This document shows positions 59,336 to 64,000 of a stretch of DNA of 64,000 nucleotides, piece after piece. Each line of letters opens with the position of its first letter. Position 1 is the stretch's first letter. This stretch comes from Gammaproteobacteria bacterium. GTDB taxonomy: Bacteria; Pseudomonadota; Gammaproteobacteria; JBCCGL01. The position numbers and the translations under genes are program-made. The stretch lies in the NCBI GenBank assembly GCA_965277715.1, contig OZ255836.1, forward strand, positions 2,208,001 through 2,272,000, in the 5' to 3' direction. Below the pieces are notes generated by a model. It had not been told where the DNA came from, did no database searches, and saw nothing but the letters and a program-made list of their open reading frames with translations.

Positions 59336-59468
59336 CTACTTACATAATAAAAAGTGCCCGATAACTCCGATATAACAACAATATAATAATAACGACATAA
59401 CAATAAAAACTTGCAACGTGTCACTTCGCGAAGAACGATTAACACGCAAGGGGCGAAAGCCCCTTTTT
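59336..59468 (+). ncRNA. Candidate CrcZ-like A-rich sRNA
   Basis: Four AANAANAA motifs (59346, 59374, 59385, 59399), no recognisable ORF, terminator AAGGGGC-GAAA-GCCCCTTTTT. Confidence 0.5.
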
Positions 59469-59559
59469 CTTTGCCTGTTACACTGACTGCCTACCAGTAA
59501 ACATTCGTACTAACCACTGTATCGACAATTTTTTGTCAGACTTTAATCAATAGCTAAAC

Positions 59560-59994
59560 TTACACACTATTCGTGCCAACATCGACTATTTCATAGCTAT
59601 GGCGCAGCTCGGCGGTTTTTTCCAGCATATGTGAGACCGAGCAGTATTTATCGCAAGAGAGGGAAACCGCTCTGGCAACGTGTTTCTCAGAGAGTCCGCT
59701 ACCGTAAATCACATAATTAAGCTGAATATGGGTAAATACCCTGGGAATCTGTTCCGAGCGCTGCGCCTCAAGGTGAACTTCACAATCAACCACCGGCTGC
59801 CGGGCTTTTTTCAAAATACTCACAACATCAAAAGCCGAACACCCTCCGAGACCCAGCAACACCATTTCCATAGGGCGAACACCCAAATCGCGCCCACCCG
59901 TCTCAGGGGCACCGTCCATCACCACTGAATGACCACTGCCGGACTCACCGACAAACGTCATATTATCCAGCCACTTTACCCTTGCACGCATCAC
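59560..59994 (-). CDS. OsmC-family protein (YhfA-like)
   Basis: SGHSVVMDG, RPMEMVL.GLGGCS..DV, KYCSV; divergent from crp. Confidence 0.92.
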   Translation of the reverse strand: MMRARVKWLDNMTFVGESGSGHSVVMDGAPETGGRDLGVRPMEMVLLGLGGCSAFDVVSILKKARQPVVDCEVHLEAQRSEQIPRVFTHIQLNYVIYGSGLSEKHVARAVSLSCDKYCSVSHMLEKTAELRHSYEIVDVGTNSV

Positions 59995-60116
59995 TCAACC
60001 CTCAATTATCACACCATTTAAAAAAATCTCAGCGTGCACTCATCGCAAAAAATGCTTATAGTCAAACATATTGACTACCATAGCAAAATACCAGTGCAAC
60101 CTGGAAACGTAAAAGT

Positions 60117-60755
60117 ATGCTGCCACCCAGAAACCCACCCACCACTATAAAATGGCTTGAAACGTTCCTAAAACACAGCCATACCAGGCAGTATGCTGCC
60201 AAAACCACTATTATCAACCACGGCCATAAACCGGATACCCTGTACTACATCATTGATGGTTCGGTGAGTGTAGTGGTCGAGGATAACGATGGCCGTGAAA
60301 TGGTTCTGGCTTACCTCAATAAAGGCGATTTCTTCGGCGAGCTGGGGTTATTTGATGAAGAGTACGACCGCAGTGCCTGGGTCGTCGCCAGAAGCAAAGT
60401 CGAGCTGGCCGAAATCAACTACGAGCAGTTTAAACAACTCGCCCACAAGGCACCGGATATCCTTTTCGCGCTTACCGCACAAATTGCCTCGCGTTTGCGC
60501 AGGACCAGCACAAAAGTACGCGACCTGGTATTTGTCGATGTTTCAGGCCGAATAGCCGCCACACTGATCGACCTCACCCGACAGCCCGATGCGATGACCC
60601 ACCCCGATGGTATGCAAATTCGTATTACACGCCAGGAAATCGCCCGCATTGTCGGCTGCTCACGTGAAATGGCCGGCAGGGTATTAAAGGAACTGGAGGA
60701 GCGCGGCCTGATTACTGCCCGGGGCAAAACCATTGTGGTCTTCGGCACCCGTTGA
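60117..60755 (+). CDS. crp: cAMP receptor protein (Crp/Vfr)
   Basis: GELGLF...[42 protein letters not shown]. Confidence 0.96.
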   Translation: MLPPRNPPTTIKWLETFLKHSHTRQYAAKTTIINHGHKPDTLYYIIDGSVSVVVEDNDGREMVLAYLNKGDFFGELGLFDEEYDRSAWVVARSKVELAEINYEQFKQLAHKAPDILFALTAQIASRLRRTSTKVRDLVFVDVSGRIAATLIDLTRQPDAMTHPDGMQIRITRQEIARIVGCSREMAGRVLKELEERGLITARGKTIVVFGTR

Positions 60756-60766
60756 TTGGTTGCCTT

Positions 60767-61567
60767 CTACGCTGCAAACAATGCCACGAGTGCTGCGCCG
60801 GGATCATCCGCCCGCATAAACGCCTCACCAACCAAAAACGCGTTGACGCCACCCTCGCGCATCCGCCGCACATTGTCACGTGTGTGAATACCACTCTCGG
60901 TAACCAATAACACATCGTCTGGCACCATCGATAGCATATTGAGCGTAGTATTGAGGCTAACCTCAAACGTGCGCAAATTGCGGTTATTGATGCCGATTAA
61001 CGACGCACCCAGTTCGAGCGCACGCTGCATTTCCTCACGGTCGTGTACCTCTACCAACACATCCATTTGCAGATGCTGCGCCAAGCCAAATAGCTCGGCC
61101 AATGTTGCATCACCCAGCGCGGACACAATCAGCAGGATACAGTCGGCCCCAATACTGCGCGCCTCGTAAACCTGATAGGCATCGATGATAAAATCCTTGC
61201 GAATCACCGGCAGACTACAGGCACTGCGCGCCTGTTGTAAATACGCTTCACTGCCCTGAAAGAAATCCCGGTCGGTCAATACCGACAGACACGTTGCCCC
61301 CCCTGTAGCATAGCTCGCAGCAATGGCCGCAGGGTCAAAATTATGACGCAAGACCCCTTTGCTCGGTGAGGCTTTTTTGACTTCGCCGATAACCGCCGCC
61401 TGCCCGGCGTCGACAGTGGCCTGTAGGCACTGGGCAAACCCCCGCACCGGATCGGCCCGCTCGGCTTTTTTACTCATGTCGCGTAAATTGACGCACTCGC
61501 AGCGTGCGTGAATCTCCTCAACTTTACGGGCGATAATCTTCTTGAGTATATCCGGGGTATCGCTCAC
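60767..61567 (-). CDS. trpC: Indole-3-glycerol phosphate synthase
   Basis: [35 protein letters not shown]. Confidence 0.98.
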   Translation of the reverse strand: MSDTPDILKKIIARKVEEIHARCECVNLRDMSKKAERADPVRGFAQCLQATVDAGQAAVIGEVKKASPSKGVLRHNFDPAAIAASYATGGATCLSVLTDRDFFQGSEAYLQQARSACSLPVIRKDFIIDAYQVYEARSIGADCILLIVSALGDATLAELFGLAQHLQMDVLVEVHDREEMQRALELGASLIGINNRNLRTFEVSLNTTLNMLSMVPDDVLLVTESGIHTRDNVRRMREGGVNAFLVGEAFMRADDPGAALVALFAA

Positions 61568-62577
61568 GCGTTGCTCGCCTCGACCAGGTTGGCCAATGTG
61601 TGGCCAGCCTGGCCAGAGGCAATCACCTGCCGCGCCCGGCTAATGCCCAGTTCAAGTGAGCCCACTAACCCGGCGACATAAATAGCGGCACCGGCATTCA
61701 GACAGACAATATCGTGCGCCGGGCCACGGGTATCCGCCAGTACTGAGCGGATCATCGCCAGGCTCTGCTGCGGGCCATCGACGCGTATTGTGGCAATATC
61801 GGCCTGTTGCATGCCAAATTGCTCAGGATCAATGCTATAAGTACTAATCTCACCCTCGCGCAATTCCGCGATGTAGGTTGGCGAGCAAATACTGATCTCG
61901 TCCATGCCATCGTCCGCGTGCACCACCATCACATGATGGCTGCCCAGCTTTTTTAACACCTGCGCCAGCGGCTCCACCAGCTCACGGCTGTAGACACCCA
62001 ATACCTGATTGGGCGCACCGGCCGGATTGGTCAGCGGCCCCAGCACATTAAAAATAGTGCGCACAGCCATTTCCTTGCGTGGCCCAATGGCGTGTTTCAT
62101 CGCGCCGTGGTGCTTTACCGCAAACATAAACCCCACGCCCACATGGTTCACGCAGTTGACGATCTGCTGCGGACTAATATCGAGATTAACACCTGCCGCT
62201 TCGAGTAAATCAGCCGCCCCGGATTTACTCGAAGCGGAGCGGTTACCGTGCTTGGCAACGCGTGCACCGGCGGCAGCGGCGACAATCGCACTGACGGTGG
62301 AGATATTAAATGTACCGCTGGAATCGCCCCCTGTACCGACAACATCCACCAGGTTTTCGGTGTTTAGCTCGACGCGTGTGGCCAGCCCGCGCATCACATC
62401 AGCGGCCGCCGCTATTTCATCAACTGTCTCGCCCTTCATGCGCAGGCCAATTAAAAAGCCACCAATCTGTGCGGGAGTCGCCTCGCCGGTCATGATCTGC
62501 TGCATCACATCATGCATTTCATCGGTGGATAAATCGTTGCGCCCGATCACCGAGGCAATAGCGTGTTGTATATTCAT
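61564..62577 (-). CDS. trpD: Anthranilate phosphoribosyltransferase
   Basis: GTGGD...[32 protein letters not shown]. Confidence 0.98.
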   Translation of the reverse strand: MNIQHAIASVIGRNDLSTDEMHDVMQQIMTGEATPAQIGGFLIGLRMKGETVDEIAAAADVMRGLATRVELNTENLVDVVGTGGDSSGTFNISTVSAIVAAAAGARVAKHGNRSASSKSGAADLLEAAGVNLDISPQQIVNCVNHVGVGFMFAVKHHGAMKHAIGPRKEMAVRTIFNVLGPLTNPAGAPNQVLGVYSRELVEPLAQVLKKLGSHHVMVVHADDGMDEISICSPTYIAELREGEISTYSIDPEQFGMQQADIATIRVDGPQQSLAMIRSVLADTRGPAHDIVCLNAGAAIYVAGLVGSLELGISRARQVIASGQAGHTLANLVEASNA

Positions 62578-62634
62578 AATTAGGGGTTTTGCCTTATCAG
62601 CCAGGTTATTTTGGGCGGAGTTTAACAGAAAAAC

Positions 62635-63609
62635 CTAGCCGGTCAGCAGCCACCCGGATTTCGCCATAAAGAGAAAACCGGTGATACTCACCACCGCCAA
62701 CAGCGTCGATACAACCACAGCGCTGGAAGCGCGCTCCTGCCAGATTGAATACTGCTGCGCGATAACAAACACATTGGTCGCCGTCGGCAACGCCGCCAAC
62801 AGTACCGCCGAATAGAGCCACAACGGGTTTAGACCGGGCACCAGCCAGACCAATAGACCATAAACCAATAACGGGTGCACGATCAGCTTGGCGGGCACGA
62901 TATAACACAGCTCAAGTGGTACACGCTTGAGTGGCCGCAACGCCGCCGTCACCCCCATGGTAAACAGCGCGCACGGCCCCGCCGTTTGCGCGAGGAACTC
63001 CAGCAGCGTTTGTACCGCCAAAGGCGGAGTAAAACGCGCCACCGCCGCCAGCACACCAGCCATCGTCGCGAGTATGAACGGGTGGGTAAAAATCTTGCGG
63101 AATATCCCCTTCACCAATGCACCCGTCGATTCGCGCTGCCCGCTATCAATCGCCATCAATAGCGGTGCCAGCGTAAAGTGCATGACATTTTCAAAACAAA
63201 AAATCAGCGCGACCGGCACCCCAGCGGCCGGGCCAAAGGCGGCGATGGCCAGCGGTGGCCCCAGGTAACCAATATTGCCGTAAGCGGCGGCAAGCCCCTG
63301 AACAGTCGCCTCACCCGTGCTGCCATGGCGGCAGCGGCGCGCCCACAAAAAGACCAGACAAAAAATCGCCAGAGTGGCAAACAGCGACACCGCAATAAAA
63401 CTGATGTTGGCAAACTGCTGCACCGGGGTGCGCGATAACAACTGGTAAAACAGCGCAGGCAGTGCCACATAGACGATAAAAAAATTCATCCACGCCAACC
63501 CTTCAAAAGGGATCTTCACCAGCCTCCCGGCAATATAGCCCAGAAAAATCAACCCAAATAAAGGCAATACCAGATTGATTACCGTTAACACTCGGCGCGT
63601 GCCTTCCAC
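62635..63609 (-). CDS. AEC-family transporter
   Basis: YVALPAL, GNIGYLGPPL, PCALF..G, KL.VHP, ALPTATN. Confidence 0.9.
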   Translation of the reverse strand: MEGTRRVLTVINLVLPLFGLIFLGYIAGRLVKIPFEGLAWMNFFIVYVALPALFYQLLSRTPVQQFANISFIAVSLFATLAIFCLVFLWARRCRHGSTGEATVQGLAAAYGNIGYLGPPLAIAAFGPAAGVPVALIFCFENVMHFTLAPLLMAIDSGQRESTGALVKGIFRKIFTHPFILATMAGVLAAVARFTPPLAVQTLLEFLAQTAGPCALFTMGVTAALRPLKRVPLELCYIVPAKLIVHPLLVYGLLVWLVPGLNPLWLYSAVLLAALPTATNVFVIAQQYSIWQERASSAVVVSTLLAVVSITGFLFMAKSGWLLTG

Positions 63610-64000
63610 AGCTCCCAGGCAAATTTTGACCTAACACCAATATCCAGCAGCGGGCGCGGCGGCACCGTATCCGGCTCCCCCAGGCTCTGCATATAACCGA
63701 TGAGTTCATTATCTTCGCCACAGGCCATATCGGCCACCAGCACACCGCCAATCGTGCCTTTGGTAACCCCCACGGCATTTTGGCAGACCGCCGTGTAAAC
63801 ATTAGGGGCGACGCAGCCAAACCCTGGCGAGCCATTTTGTGAGAGACAGAGAAAACCTGTCCAGGTGTATTCCATATCGACCTCAGGCAACTGGGGAAAA
63901 CGCTGATCAAACAAGGTCTTATGCCGTCGCTTGACTGCGGCGCGATAGCGGTCAGATTCGCACATCGATGGATTAAAGTAAATATTCTGCCGAATCAACA
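63585..64000 (-). CDS. FAD-dependent oxidoreductase (DAO family), 3' part only
   Basis: RFPQL......YTWTG.LCLS.N..P.FG, CQNAVGVTKGT..G; truncated by the window edge. Confidence 0.8.
   Translation of the reverse strand, partial: LIRQNIYFNPSMCESDRYRAAVKRRHKTLFDQRFPQLPEVDMEYTWTGFLCLSQNGSPGFGCVAPNVYTAVCQNAVGVTKGTIGGVLVADMACGEDNELIGYMQSLGEPDTVPPRPLLDIGVRSKFAWELWKARAEC

Overview
Chromosomal backbone of a probably marine gammaproteobacterium. It carries housekeeping genes (polA, gorA, ubiA, pepN, pyrF, slt, adk, metY, coaX, birA, glnS, def, tRNA-Gln, rpsI/rplM, crp, trpC/trpD), a scattered cobalamin cluster (cobB, cobM, cobK, cbiD, cobO) and genes for methylated osmolytes (DddQ-like cupin, GlxA-family regulator plus MttB-superfamily methyltransferase, PhnZ/TmpB-like HD protein). 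There is no prophage, CRISPR-Cas or large defence island. The unusual content is mostly intergenic: (1) a 175-bp MITE with IS1380/ISEcp1-like ends in 2 full and 2 partial copies, one with a perfect 5-bp target duplication; (2) a 4x47/48-bp tandem array of GGA-hairpin units beside it; (3) two divergent candidate sRNAs (sX9-like anti-SD RNA and a CrcZ-like A-rich RNA) apparently sharing one bidirectional -10 element; (4) several other short inverted-repeat elements; (5) many heavily deleted gene remnants (IS3, ISAs1, BaeR-like, GAF, DUF126, two antitoxins), some with microhomology at the deletion junction. All family assignments come from motif recognition, not database searches.
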